Source: Raillietiella orientalis
Lineage: Eukaryota
Length of the DNA stretch: 64,000 nt
Direction of reading: 5' to 3'
NCBI GenBank assembly: GCA_036172245.1
Contig: JAYWIR010000001.1
Location: 2,728,001 to 2,792,000, forward strand
The notes below the pieces were generated by a model. It was not told the DNA's origin and ran no database searches. It saw nothing but the letters and a program-made list of their open reading frames with translations. Shown one piece after another: positions 48,275 through 62,097 of this stretch; positions within the stretch are counted from its first letter, which is position 1; each line of letters begins with the position of its first letter. A program made the position numbers and the translations under genes.

Positions 48275-51200
48275 GTCCCCTTTCATCTTTGCTTTTTGAA
48301 AAAAGCGTCCAATCCTTCATCACACTGAAAGATAAGCTTTCTTTGAGTGCGCTCCTCCTCAAGAACAAAGTGCGGTCCTCCACGGTTCGAGGCACCGATG
48401 CAAGTATTCCTCTGCGTTGGAGCTCCCCCTTCGCAGAGGTGCGCCATTTCTACGTCTGGAGGTCTTCATTCTCATCTCTGGCAGCCCGATCTCTGCAAGA
48501 TCGTCAACGTCCCATCTTCTTCACTGAGGACGCCATCCCTCAGTGCAACCAGTTTCACACCCGGACAACAACACATCGAGGGGACGGGAGGGATTTCCTC
48601 GAATCGTCTTTCCATTGAGGCTTTCGTCGCCGGTCACTGCTTGATGTGTGACCTTTGGCTCACGCATCGCCGCGTACGTCATCGAGAGAGGATCGCAACA
48701 TGCCTGGCTTTTGCGAGTTCAGCAATGTAACCGCCGCTCCGGAATACTGGGCTTCAGAGTTTCCAATGACGGCACCATTAGCATGCAGTTTTCACACTTC
48801 TGCCTCTGCAGATGCTTTCTGATTGCAGCATCCCTTCCATCACTGCTGTAATTTTGTTTTGTTTTTTGGGTACTTTGCTGTCCAAACATTCTCAGCCCGC
48901 CTGGAGGTGGAAGATTTTTCTTTTCTTTTTTTTTCAAGAACCAATTCGAGATGCGCCTTCCGTAGATACTGGATTTCGTTGCAGTAATTCCAGCATCTTG
49001 CGGAGGAATCACGAGCCAGTACCGGAAGCTGAAATCTCTCTCCAGGGAATCTACACACCTTCAGAGAATCACTCGACGTTTCTCCTCGCTTTGAGTGACG
49101 GAAGAAAGATAAGGCGGATGCCTTTGGACTTTCTTGATGCCACCCATGCTGCTAAAAAGGCTTCCCCGGTGATCCCTTGTATCTATCTCTTGAATGCGCG
49201 TCCTCCTCATTCTGGTTTTTCTGAATCGTCCCTTCCTCCTCTGCATCCCTTCCTAAGAGTCTTGCTGTGGTCGCTCGCTTCTTCGAGTTAAGCGGTTTGG
49301 TCGTTCCGCACAGCAGCCTGCTGATATGTCGCGGCATTCTTGAGGCACCCTTCCTTTCCTGCTCAAGTGGCTTTCTTGTCATTGACCGGTTTAAGCCGGT
49401 TTCTTGAGCCTATCTTGCCTTTCGGTACTCTTGTCCTTCCTTTTCATGATTCCCAAAGGAGACACATGCCTCCCTACTGCAACAAAACCGTCGAACACTC
49501 AAGAACCCATACCTAGGATTCCGACCACACCCTGACGGCTTACGGGAGTCGGAGTGCCTGCCGTTCGTATTCTTGCAAGGACCCCGCGACGCTCGCTGAG
49601 GAAGCAAAGTTCGCAAAGAGCTGCAGGGTAAGCAGGCACACTGGGTACACTGGCTCCCTCCTGAATCTTCTCCCGGCAGGTCAATGTTACAGAAGCTTAT
49701 GACAGACGGTCCCACTGCCCAAAGACCCAATTTCACGGGCGAAAGGAAATGATCCTCTTTCGACGAACCGCCGAGGGATAAAGCGAGAAAAATGAGATGA
49801 GATCTGGGCTTGCGTTGCACTCAACTTTGTCGTTTTCCATCATTTAAAAATGCAGGGGGATCCAGGGGAGAATTTATCTACCACTTTCACGCGGAGGACA
49901 GCAGCTGATTACGAGATAGTTATCGACTCAAGATATGCTGTGACCATGGAGACCGATAGCACTTGTTGCAGCCTGACCGAGAACACCGTGCCTGCGAACA
50001 CTTAATTGGAAGTTCACGAGCGGGGAACGATGCCTTCACTTTTTTCCTCCAGAAAAAAGAACTCCACCACCGCTGAAGCACCACCAGAACGCCAAAGCAA
50101 CCTGCCTCTGAACGCAGCAGAAATGGAACAACAGTTTCGTGTGCTCGGCGCGATCGGTAGCTAAACGAATCTGGCAGCAGGTAGCAACAGCTGTTTTTTT
50201 TCTTTCCTTTTCTTTCCTTTTTTTCAGCCTGTGTACACGAAAAGAACTTTTTATTCCCAGATTGTCAACATTTCCTCATTTAATGGCTCCGCTTATTTGA
50301 TCTCGGGTGGCCCATCGAGAAGAATGCAGTCAGCTTTAGAGTCGGGTGGGAGAATCTAGGGTAGCACGAATCGCAGCAGCTCGCGTGATTTTCGCTTGCT
50401 CATTCTCTACTTTTTGGTCCCCTTTTTTTCGGGGCAAGAAAAAATATAAAACACGATGCGTTCACGGAATCCTGTTCTTGTTGCCCACTAGAGGGAACGT
50501 CGATGGTATCTGCCGTCAAAAGATTTCCTTCGTGACACACTCCTTGTGATGCTGTGATGTTCCCTTCACCTTCGCGGCGATGTTGGGAGCAAACAACGGC
50601 TTTAACTTGGAGCAACACGTTCCAGCTACCGCTAGTTTGTCACCACTTTCTCTGTATCCTTCCACTGTTGCAGGACGCGTAGTAGGACGTATGTACACTT
50701 GCAGACTGGGGTACAAGAATTGAAGTACAATCGCTTCCCGGAAAAATGTCTCCAGAAGCGACTTGGCCCAGTTGCCTACTTACACTCATCGGAACTATGA
50801 ATCTGGATCTGCACCCGAGACCTCAGTTTCTAGAACGAAGGTTTCGAGTGCTATACTAAATGGGTATTTTCAGAACCACGAGAAGATGACGAGACGCTGA
50901 AACCAATTAGACAAAAAAAGGACGGAATAAGAAAGATCAAATAGGAATGAAACCTCGTGCAGATTCGATCTTAGAAAGCAACACTGGTTTCTGTACATCG
51001 CCTGTATATTGCCAAGAAACTCCTGGATGCATCCGAATCCACAAAATGTAGATCACTTCATTCCCTAGAAGCAATAGATGAACGTGTAACATTAGCAAGT
51101 GGGAACAAAGCAGCATGAAACCGAACGGGAAGAGAAATGTAGGTGCTTGCTATCATGAATGACATTTTGCATCTTTCTGTCTTTGCGTCGTCAGAAACGG

Positions 51201-54200
51201 ATGCTGCAGATACTCCACCAGTTTTTCACCGAAGTTCGTCCGAATTTTTCCTTCCCTGTTGTCAAACTCACTTTTTGGGATGGTTTCTCCAAGATCGAAA
51301 GCTCGAAGACGAAGAGCCTTCTGGGATTCATGCGCAAAGAACCACTGCACCAGGTGCGACATCTCCAGAATGTTTTCCAACACCTTCTCTAGCAAGTGCC
51401 GCCCAGCCATTTGTGGCCACACTTCCACTCCGCTGAGAAATGTACCACCTGAGCCCTCAGCTTGACAGGACTGACGCTCAAAGGACAGCATCTGAACGGT
51501 TTCCAAAACGGACAGTGCAGCAGAATCCCAGTTCGTGAGGGATGAAATTCGGAAGAGTTCATTTCTCCGCGTCAACATCGTCCCTGCACACCTCGAGTCG
51601 CTGCCGATGCTTTTCTCGTGCACCGGAGATATTCGGTCTGTTTCAGCCTTCTGCTGCTTTTCGTTCTCGTTCCCTCTTCCTTCTATTGGTCGGTCTACGA
51701 TTGGGGTGTTTTTCGCTTATTTTTTTCCCACGCATCCCCATGATCCTTGAGGAAACTTGCAACAATCTTTTCTTGCCGCAAAACAATCATCGTGACGACA
51801 GCATCAGAAGATACTTTGCGAGCTGAAACCGGAATACCAGGATGAGTTCCAAAGCCGAGTCCGAAAATAGGAAGCACATCGTCTTTCTTATTCGAATCTA
51901 TCGTTACTTTTCCCTTTGCCAAAGTTTTTCATTCCCCTTTGTTAACATTGCTCTGATAGGAGACAAGTTCTTTCTTTTAGAAATCTTCTGTCTATTATTA
52001 CTGATTTCAATCAGTGCCAATTGCTGTGGCTTCTGACGTCAGCAAGACGAATCAGGCGGATTTGAAAACTCGCGGATCCTCGCTGCTCCCTTCTCCCTAA
52101 TCGTAAGACGGCAGCAGCACAACAGCCATTTGCCGATCCGTCCAAAGAGCTCCCTGTTGAGGACTCGCTACTCCTGTCCCACTCCTTAAATCAATTGCCA
52201 GTCACGGGAAAAGAAGGAAGAAAAAGAAAAAAGAAAAAAAAAAACACCGATGTTTTCTTCGTCTTGTTCGGATATCTAGATAGGGCTGCCGAGGATGCTG
52301 CGAATAAGGGCTGCAGCGACTCTCGCGGAGACACAGCATCCCGGTGGTTCGCCGAGAGCACAGGGGATGCCAACACGAGAGGTGTAAAGTCAGTCATTTG
52401 TCAGCTGGTGCAGGCGCACACGAGAACGAGCAAGAAGTGCAGAGCTTGGAGAACGCCTTTCGCCCAGCGCCGATTCCTAAATTTCGATGCCTCTTCCTTT
52501 CATGCCCGAAACTTCCGGCATTCTTCTGGCAACACGCGAAGTTTGTCTGCAAGTGAGAACCGAAGCAAAATGGCGACCCTGATCTGCTTAGCCGAAACAA
52601 GGATAAAGGCCCGCAGCTTCTTAGATGGTTTGTTGTTGCGATTCAGAAAGAAGCACAATTTGAATACCTCTTCCGTCCCTCTCTTGTTCCATGACGCCGA
52701 AGCGTATACATAAGTATATGTATACGTGTTTCTACCGGTTCCCTGGCGCCGTCGAAGACAGTTCGGTGCCATAAGATTAAATATAAATAGAATGATGTTA
52801 TTAACCATTTTTAATGATGACATCGAATGAGCGCCAGTCGTACGAACAAAGAGCATATATTTCAAGCTTGAAGTGGGCAAGAAGCAGGAACAAAAAAAAT
52901 AAATAAATGAATAAATAAGGGCGCACATGCGTGCGCGCAAGAACGACCGGATGAAGAAGGAAACCACCACCCGCGAAAACGGTTGCAGAAAAATTTGTAT
53001 GACGTTTTTGATTTCGAGCGTACGCACGGACACTTTGACGGACGTCATCTTCCCGTGTTCTGGAGCCGCGTGCGGGCGCCGAATTTTCGTTCCTGAAGGC
53101 GAATATTTCATTTCTATTAATTTGCACGCAAAGAATCCCGTCCCCTCCTCCTCCTCCTCGCATCATTTTCAGTACACCACCTACAGGGAATGGGGACACG
53201 AAATTCTTTTAAAAGCCCTCCAGATGTTTCGAAGCAAAGAACCGGCGGAAGAGCGCCTGGGATTGGGGCGTTTCCACATTGTCAAATGCCTTCTTCTTCG
53301 CGGTGTTTTCGTACCTTTCGCTTTTGCTTACCCACCTCCCTTCCTTCACGAAGAAATGACTTCCAGAAAACGAGATGTACTGTTGAACTTCCCGAGATAA
53401 CATGGCGCAGTGATGATGAACGCGCGAGCACGCATTGTCCCTGCTCATTTGATGAAACCCGCCGTTCGAGCGATTACCGATGAGAAAGATTCTTTCGAGC
53501 ATGGGAACCACCCAGGCAACGGCACTCTCTCTGCAGACAGGCTTTGGATCTCGGTGCTCGAAGACAAGGACAAACCAAGGGCAATCGATGACTTTCTAAT
53601 TTTGATACTCGCCGATTTTTTTATTGTTTTTTTTTTTTTTTTCATTTTATTTATTCATTTATTTTTTCGGATGCCACCAGTCCTACCATTCGAGTACTTT
53701 TTTCTGATGGACCTCGGAAATTGTTCCAACCGAACTATTTGCGTTTGGACGCGTATCCAGGATGAAGATCGAATTGCACATTCGTCATCTGTGCTACTCT
53801 TCTGCTCCTCGCAGAACGCAAGATGAATTCCCGCTTCCCATGAAATCGGAACTCTGAAGCTGGACCGCTCTCGATTGCACGGAAGCTGGAGCTGCGAATC
53901 GGAAGAGGAGGTCCTGCAGCAAACCGTGCACAGGCTCGCGGCAAGATGTATCAAATTCGGTCCAGAAGGGCAGATTACAGACGACTCAATAAACCGTGCT
54001 GAGCTCGTTAGTGGCGAAAAGATCATTATCCATTCCTTTCTCTTCGCTGTATCCCTTGTCCCGGTATCCCAGCAGCTGGACGAAACCCTTCTCCGAGCAG
54101 GACGCAACGCCTGCGCCAACGCCTAACTCGCAAAGATCCCCTCCACAACCGCGAGAGGAGGCCATCCCGGGGGCTGTGCAGTCATTCCCGATGGAGCCTC

Positions 54201-56132
54201 ACACGATTTGGCAGCCATCCGGCGGCTAAACTCGGGAGCTCTGCTAGGGGAGAGCTGCAGCTGCCGCGAGGGGCTTTCCAGAGTCAACTTTCAGGGGAGC
54301 AGAGCGCTCTGAATCGCAGGTGCGACTTTCCATTCCCGTGGTCAAGTGTGCGTGGACGCTTTAACGAACCTTCTGAAGTCCAAGGTCCTGCTAGAGGACG
54401 TCCGCATGTCCTTCCTTCCGTTCCACCAAGTGCGCGCGCTCGTCGTGTCGAAACTCTTTCGGGTTCAGCAAAACTTAGCTCTAGGGAAGAAGAAGGGATT
54501 CCCGAGCAGGTGGCTGCAGGACAACTTCCTCATCCTCCTGCGCAAGCAGCGATACGTTTTCGCCAAGAGGGAAAACATCGAATCGTCGACCATCACATGG
54601 AAACGTTATCCCAGGGTTTTTTTTTCTTCCCTTCTCCCTCTCCTCCTCCTCTCTCGATCTTTGTTTCCTCGTAGGCTTTTTGTTGAGAACGCCCGAGAAG
54701 GTCACCAGGCAAACGACAAAGTCGGCCAACTTCTTGCGGAAACCCTCTCCACCCTCTTCTGTATCCAGCACGATACGCCACAAGAGTAATCATCGCTTTC
54801 GTTACAGAGTACACAGATGTTTTCGTGTCGGAAGAAATCACACATCCTCCGGAGCACAGAGCGTTTCGATTGAGGGATTTTTTTTTTTTTTTTTTTGCGG
54901 CGCTTTCCGAGTCGGCTAAGATTCCCCGACGATACGGAAGGTGTCCGTTGTGAAAGAAAATCCGCTTTCTCATCTCGCATCCGGTACTGATTCTTCCCAT
55001 AGAAACCTGCTCATGGCACGGCCTCTCCGGCTTGAAGACACGACCAAGCGGTTCCCCGCTCCGAGCTCTCGAAGCTTTTTTCTTTGAAAAAAAAAAAAAA
55101 GAATTCCATACGTAGGAAAAAAAAGTCACAATAAATTAGGGATTCTGGAATTTCGAGGCATTTCCCGACATTTCCTCGAAAGGCTTTCCTTATCCTGGAA
55201 ATTCAAGGGAATCTTCGCGACATACCTTATGAAGAGTGACAACAGTTGTCCTGTTGTCCCCTTTCTCTTTCTCTCCCTTCTCAGCCGAGTCGTGAATTCT
55301 TTATGTACAATAATACCATTCCAATGTAGTGTACATTAAGAGAAAACGAACGGCCGAGAGACGCGTGCTGTGAGAATGCAACTTCGCCTGCCGCAAATGA
55401 GCGAAACGAAAAGGAAAAGGAAACTGACATATATCGGCAGAGGTGGAAGCGGACTTTGTAGCAAGAGCTGACTTCACAAAGGAACCATTAATCTCTGGAC
55501 CTCGACTTGAACAAATAAGCAAATCCCGTCTGCCTCGCCCAAAGAATCGCATTTTCATTAACAACGAGCGCTCTGCCGAAGCACTCCATCACGGTAAACG
55601 GTCGAGTCTCCTCTGTCTCTGAGGAGATTGCATCATTTTTACACACACGTACTGATTTTTCACTTTCCAGATGAGCACGAGCAATCAGCATCCTGCGTGG
55701 AAACACAGGATTTCGATCTTTCCCCGTTGTGAAGCGAAGACCAGCAGAGGATTCGTGTTTCGTATGGCCATCATCGGTCTGACCCGATGTTCCAGCCTTA
55801 TAACAAGGGAATATGGTGAAGGATGTGAAGAAGAAAGCAGAACGTGCCTTCCCGTGCGTACCAAAATTCGCAGCCGAACATCGGTCCGAGGCTGAACCTC
55901 TACGTTGACCCTAAAGAAAGAGTGCAGAGCCAGCTCGATCCAAAGGTTTCACCTAGAGAAGAAGTTGGTTGGCTCGCAGGCAGTGTCTTTAAGGAAACTG
56001 GAGCTTAGCTCAGCAAAGAAACAATAACACACACGCACAAACACACACACACACAAAAAAAAAAAAACAAACAAACAAAAAAAAAAAAACAGCCGAGAAA
56101 TGAACTGAACCACGAGGAATGTAGAATCAATA

Positions 56133-56166
56133 TCTTTCGTGAAGGGTTGAAACCCTTCACGAAAGA
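56133..56166. repeat. Perfect palindrome with 16-bp arms
   Basis: tctttcgtgaagggtt-ga-aacccttcacgaaaga. Confidence 0.92.
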
Positions 56167-59100
56167 GTACTACTAGGGCAGATGTATAAGAATACTACTG
56201 AACTGACGGTGCCATGTCATCAAATGTTTTCCTTGTTTACCAGGAATGAATCTGCGGCAGCTGGAACCTCGCAAAAAAAAAAAAAATGCGCGAGCTTTTC
56301 ATTCATTCGACCAGTAACTCGCAAGCCTATCGTACATACAAACGGGATAAAAAAAAAAAAACATCATCACCCGATGAATACAACATAATCCGAAATGTTT
56401 CAAAAGACCAACGTTGAATCTCAGCCAACGTCTCGACAAAATGAAAAACGCCCGGAAAGCATGGTGTTTTTTCATCAGCTCGGATCCCCACTTTAGCAAC
56501 GCATTATCTGTCCACTTCAACTGATTCCATCAACGGTAGAATTCCGGGAAGAAGAAGCACTCCGAGTATCAGGAAAAGCTACCACGGAATGACAAATGGT
56601 TTACTCTAACAAAGCAAATTGTGTCGGTTTGGTGCATTTCATGCAGCACGTGAACGTCAAGGCATGGATTTATCCTCTTTCGGATCCATAATTGCTTATT
56701 AAGATTACATTCGATGTGTACATGTACACACAGGCCGCGCTGGGCATCCAGTTCTCGCACGCACCTTGCACCATTGCTAACTCTTGCACACAGATTGGTC
56801 TGATGCTGGAGCCACTTCCGAAAAGTTCGCCTAGCATTCGAAGGACACGTGGCTTAGCTGGTTTTTCTGAGACTCTGCAGTCACCACGTGTAGAAGTCAC
56901 GTGGTCCAGAAGAGAACCCGAAGACGTAAACACGGCTACGAGCTGAAAAGTTGCGCATCCCTTGGTGCCATGTGGATGCGGACGGCAAGGTTTTAATGCG
57001 CTTCCACCCACCGTAGGATCGTTACGCGGGAAAACGGCGCGGGGAAACGCGAGAGCCGTGAAACAGTAAACATCTCATCGCATGAACAAATCAAATTTTA
57101 GAATCTTATCGGTCCTGTTTAGATTAACGTGTTCCACGTAGCGCACTATCACATTAGAAACAAACCATTGCTTGTCGATGGGTGCGAGCAGTGGTCAAGA
57201 ACCTACGTTCCTACACCCATCGAGCTTGGAATGACGCTGTCAGCGCATGAAAAGCGTTGCCTCTGTACCCCACACCTTTTCAGCATCCTTCGGTACACGT
57301 CACGGATGCCTCACTCAGCCCGGGTTCGAAATGAACTTTGAGTCTGCTCGTTTAAAGGCGCTCGAGTGAAGCCGAATCGCAAGCAAGATGGAGGAAACAG
57401 GGTGCACAGGAAGGTCCCGATGATCACTGCAACACGGATGCAACGGTGGCAACGAAAAACGCTAACCTTTGTCAAGACGGGGACGATCAAGCGCGACCCC
57501 ATGATGCGGGCTCGTTTGCCTTGTTCATAAATTTCCCACGGCTTCAAAAAAAGAGTAGCGCCTGAGTAGGGGAAGCACCATTTCCACGTACCAGCCGCCT
57601 TTATGCAGACGCTGATGCATCCCAAAATCAAAACATCAGTGCAAGAGCTCCTCCTCATCTCTGCTTCGTTGTCTGGGAAACTGGAAGCCGCGCAGGCAAC
57701 TTTTACGAATTTTTAGCCGCGGCCTCGAGTTTCCGAACGAGAATTTAGGAAGGATGCGCTTTGCAGGAGACGGTCTTTCAGAGGAGCCTCGTGTTCATCT
57801 GCCGGAATGTCCTTCGTCCATGATTCTTCCTTTTTTCGGGTAACTTGTCCAAGAGATCGCTTGTTGAGACGCTGGAAGCCCAGGGATGAATTCGTGTTTT
57901 CGATTGCAGCACATGCGCACAATGTGCTCGGCACACCCGTCAATGTTGCGAAGCAGAAGAGGAAGAAGAGAGGGATAAATAAGGAAAAGCCGAAAATTTC
58001 GAAAACAGTGGCTGCTCGCAAGGAACGGGGAATTTTATAAGTCTTCTGCAGCAAAATGAAAGGCACGTCGCTTCTGGGGAAAGCAGCTCGACGAAGCATT
58101 TGCTAATGAAGTAACGATCACTGCACATCGTGAACACCGCGCTCCGAAATTGAGGCTCCGGTCTGGGCAGGTCTCCATTCACGAAATTAATGAAAACATT
58201 CAGAATTTATAAGCCAAGACACCTCGACGCGTGCCTTCGAGTTCATTAACTCGGGTAGGAAGCTTTAATGAGACCAGAGCTTGGAAGATTGTATCATCGA
58301 TGGGGGAATGCGATTTCCCTGATTTTCTCGTGATCGTAGGAAGGGTACACACACCGCCGCTCACGTGAGAGGTTCCGTACTGCAGTGGGGATGCACTCTC
58401 GTCTCCAGAGCCACGAGCTCAACAGTTAAAAACGCAAAGCAGACGCGGGATGGACACAACGTGAAGTACGAAAGGCGCCGATGGGAATGTACTTCCATAA
58501 TAATAATGTCCTTTTCTTGCCATGAGCCTCGGTCAAACAGTCCTTCGAGAAAGAGATTTCAGTGAACGCGCCTCGGCTCCCTATTCTTGGTCCCTGGGAC
58601 GACCTGCACGCAGAACGTCATTGCATCCCTTGCACACATCCTTGTGTCTTGAGCACCAGTTCTGAAACAAGGGATTACGGGATCGAAAATAGCGAACGGA
58701 ACAGAATACTAAAGAGAGATGACGAACAAAGAGGCGGACCACGAGGAGATGAGAGAAGGCAAAAAGCTTCCAGTACCACAAGCCCTGATGACTGCCTTCT
58801 GCCTCGATTCTGGAGGTTCCAGAACTGCTTGCTTAAAGATGTGCGTACGTTCCCCTTTTTTCCTTAACCGCCCGAAGGAATTTGTTTCCGAGGCTTTCAA
58901 ATCGTGGCATCTGCCAAACAAGAATCCAAGGATTGACGTGAGAGCTCATGGAACTGCTTTCGAAACAAGGAACTCATGGAAGGCAAACGTTCTACTGCTT
59001 GGTGAGCTAGAAGGAAAACCGAAATCCCTCCTTCCTGAGAAAGAACAAGACGTCCCGAGATGATTTCTTCCAGCAAAAGCATCGAAGAAGAAAGTTCTTT

Positions 59101-61279
59101 CATTTCTGTGGGCCTCATCAATCCAAAGACAGGATGTGTAAACCGAACGTGCGTCGTTTCGTGCACGCCAAATTCCGCAAAACGAGTCAATTCTGCTAGC
59201 AACGTATCTGCTCAGCAGCGTCGTATCTGCTGGATCTCCATAAGCAATTAATCCTGACATTGGTGATTGATAATCATCTAAATACAAATTTTCCTCCCCG
59301 CTTGGTACACCAAACAACTACTTTGTCAGTATCGATCACGGCGTGAGGAAAGTAGCGTGCGTCAAATGGTTAGGAAGATGCAAAGCTTGTTATCGAGTTT
59401 AGCAGAATAACTTCTCATCCGAAAGGCAAGCGACCAAATCCTTGGAGAAGGACTTCCAGGATCTCACTTTTTTTTGGAGAAGGGGGGGGCCTTTTTCGAA
59501 GGCAACCGTTGGAAACTCGCTCTGGAGTATCCTTATTGAATTCTTATGAGCTCACAGGTAGAGAGACCAAACGTGCACTTTTGCGGAGTGGATTGCATGC
59601 AGCAAGCAGATGATCAGCATGGTGCATCCCGGGACTATTTCGCTCTTCTGTCATTCCTTGGGAACCTAAGATGCCCAACTAACTGCTTGTATCGAGACTT
59701 GTTTCCAGAGTCTTTGATCTCAAAACAGCTCATACAAATGAGAGCGAGGGATTGTTGTGCAGCACATGTAGTCAATGTAACCACCAGAAGCTCACGTTGC
59801 TAAGAGAACGGAGACTGAAAGTTCGTGTTATGAAGGTACAATTAGAGATGCAGGGGTACTTGCAGACCTCAAGCACATAGGAAAGATCGAAATTTCAAGA
59901 TAATGAAGGGAAGAAGTAAAGGCACTTTTCAAAGATCATCGCGGTCACACAAAAAAGGTTGACTTAGATTTCGTGCTGACAAATTCCACGACACTGAGAT
60001 TGATATCCCGCCTATCTCAACAGAGAGATGGGGAAGGGAGAGGGAGAAGGGGGAAGGGGAGTGAGCTCCGACTTTCGAAAATGGAAAGTATTCCAGACGA
60101 AGATGCGGGACCATAATCATCATTTTCTGCTGCATTCAATTTAGTGAGTCGTTTAGTGATTTGTGTACTCTTCGACCGACACACCGCCCAAGAGATAACA
60201 GTCCAAAGTCCTCAAGCTGCACACCAGTGTTTTCCTCTCTTGTCAATTTTCCGTTCTTTAGATACAGTAAGACTCAGCAATCATTGACGGTACTTGGGAT
60301 TCTCAGATTTGAAGAAAATTCGAGAGAAACCTGTCGTCTTGGCGAAGGTCACGGTAAGACCGCGCAGTTTAAATCCGAATGCAAAGTTCATCCAGACAGA
60401 AGTCTGATCGGTTCGTTTTGGTATCGGCTGGCATGCTAAAAGAACGCATTCACGGTCGACGGGTGCCACCGCTCCCTCCTATCCAAGTGGATTCGCCTTT
60501 GGTTTCCCATTCTAGGTCACCTTCCCTGCCTGCAAGCAAAACCTTCGCGCCCTGTGCGGGAAGCACTTCGAAGCAGCTGCCTGGAAACAGAATCGAATGC
60601 ACTCCCGGGCTCTCGATCTTGCTGTGCTCTATCCCCACACTGAGATAAGTTGGGGTCACTCTGGTGGTAGACAGCTGGAATCCGAGAACCCAACTGCGTG
60701 TGCGTCCGGCAAAACTTGTCTGCGCCTCAAACGGTGAAAGACGTGTTCCGGAGATGGTTCGCCTCCAAGGAAACGACCGAACCCAGCCAGTGAAGCGTTC
60801 CAGGCACTCCCCATGATTTCACCTCTGCTCAATCTCCACACAGCCGCCCTCCTCAAACCGAGACGCCAGCATCAAATCCTCTCCATTCGTCGATCGAGCG
60901 CCCCTTCGGACGCACGCAGTGCTCTTTCGAATTCGGTTTGATGGCGTCATTCGTTCGACTCCTCCCCTCCGTATTTGATAAGTTCGACTTGGCGGAAAGA
61001 AGCAGCGATGCAGCAGCACCTCCAACTTGATCGAATACACCCCAGTATCATGCCCGGAATCTCTTTCCGTTCACTTTAGAACGAATGCCCCCTGGAGGTG
61101 GATGAATCCATCATGATCGCATTCCTGTTCAACGGTCCAACTTCTTCACAATCACGCATAGCGATGCGTGCTCTGCCAGTGCTGCTGGTAGCTCGTAATC
61201 CCGTTCCCTTCCCTTTTGCTATCTGAATTAGTCGAACACTGTTGGTCTCCAACCCTCCTCTTGTCTTTTCTGTCCAGCT

Positions 61280-62097
61280 TCTTCTCCCCCTCCCCTCCCA
61301 GTTTCCTTCTTTCTCAAGGAGCGTTGAAGGATTGTCCGCCCCTTCAGGGAGGCTCACGAAGCTCTTTAATGCTCTTTAACACTGTCCGCGTCACCCGAAA
61401 GTACATGTGGCTCTTCCAGTTAGGAAGTAACCCCGTAGGGACCACCCTAAGAATCCAGGAAGGCCCCGGAGGAAGAACACTCTTACGCTCGGTAGGGGAA
61501 CACCGAAGGAAACCTCTTCCTCATTCTTTCCGGAGGAATCCCTGGAGGCGGACCGCACCTTGTTCCTCCTCTGAATGGAACCCAGAAAGGATCCGCTCCT
61601 GGAACTTTCTCTCTGGAGGGAACTTGCACGAAGGAAGAGGGAAGCAAGGAGGGAGCCTCTCCTTGCTTCCTCTGCTGAAGAGAACCCCGAAAGGACGCTT
61701 CTCAATTTCTCTGGAGGGTCTCTCCCCGAAGGGAGCAGCGGGCTTCTTGATACTTCGGAGACGCAACCTCCGATGGAGACATCAACCAGCTCCATAATAC
61801 AAATCCATTTTCACAAGCGGAGGGGAGCCCGTAGAGAACCGACTCCTTGATTCCTGGAAGGACCCCAGAGGCTCAAGTTCCAATCCCGTCCAGTCCACGG
61901 GGCATCCAGGAGTTTCCAACTCACACCATTGCCTCACCCAGAGTCCGTGGAACAGACAACGTTGCCCTGGGGGGTGGGGGAGTGGACTGGAAACCCATGG
62001 CTCACCCTTCCCTTACCCGGGCGGGATCCGAACCCACAATGCTTGGTGTCACGCGCGTGGAGACCGCAGCCACGCGACCGCCAACGCGGCGGACCCG
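61280..62097 (-). mobile_element. tRNA-derived SINE-like repeat, copy D
   Basis: Minus-strand head with A-box-like TGGCGGTCGCGTGG and B-box GGTTCGGATCCC; body blocks ggaggctcacgaagct, agaaccccgaaaggacg and ttcctggaaggaccccagagg. Confidence 0.7.
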
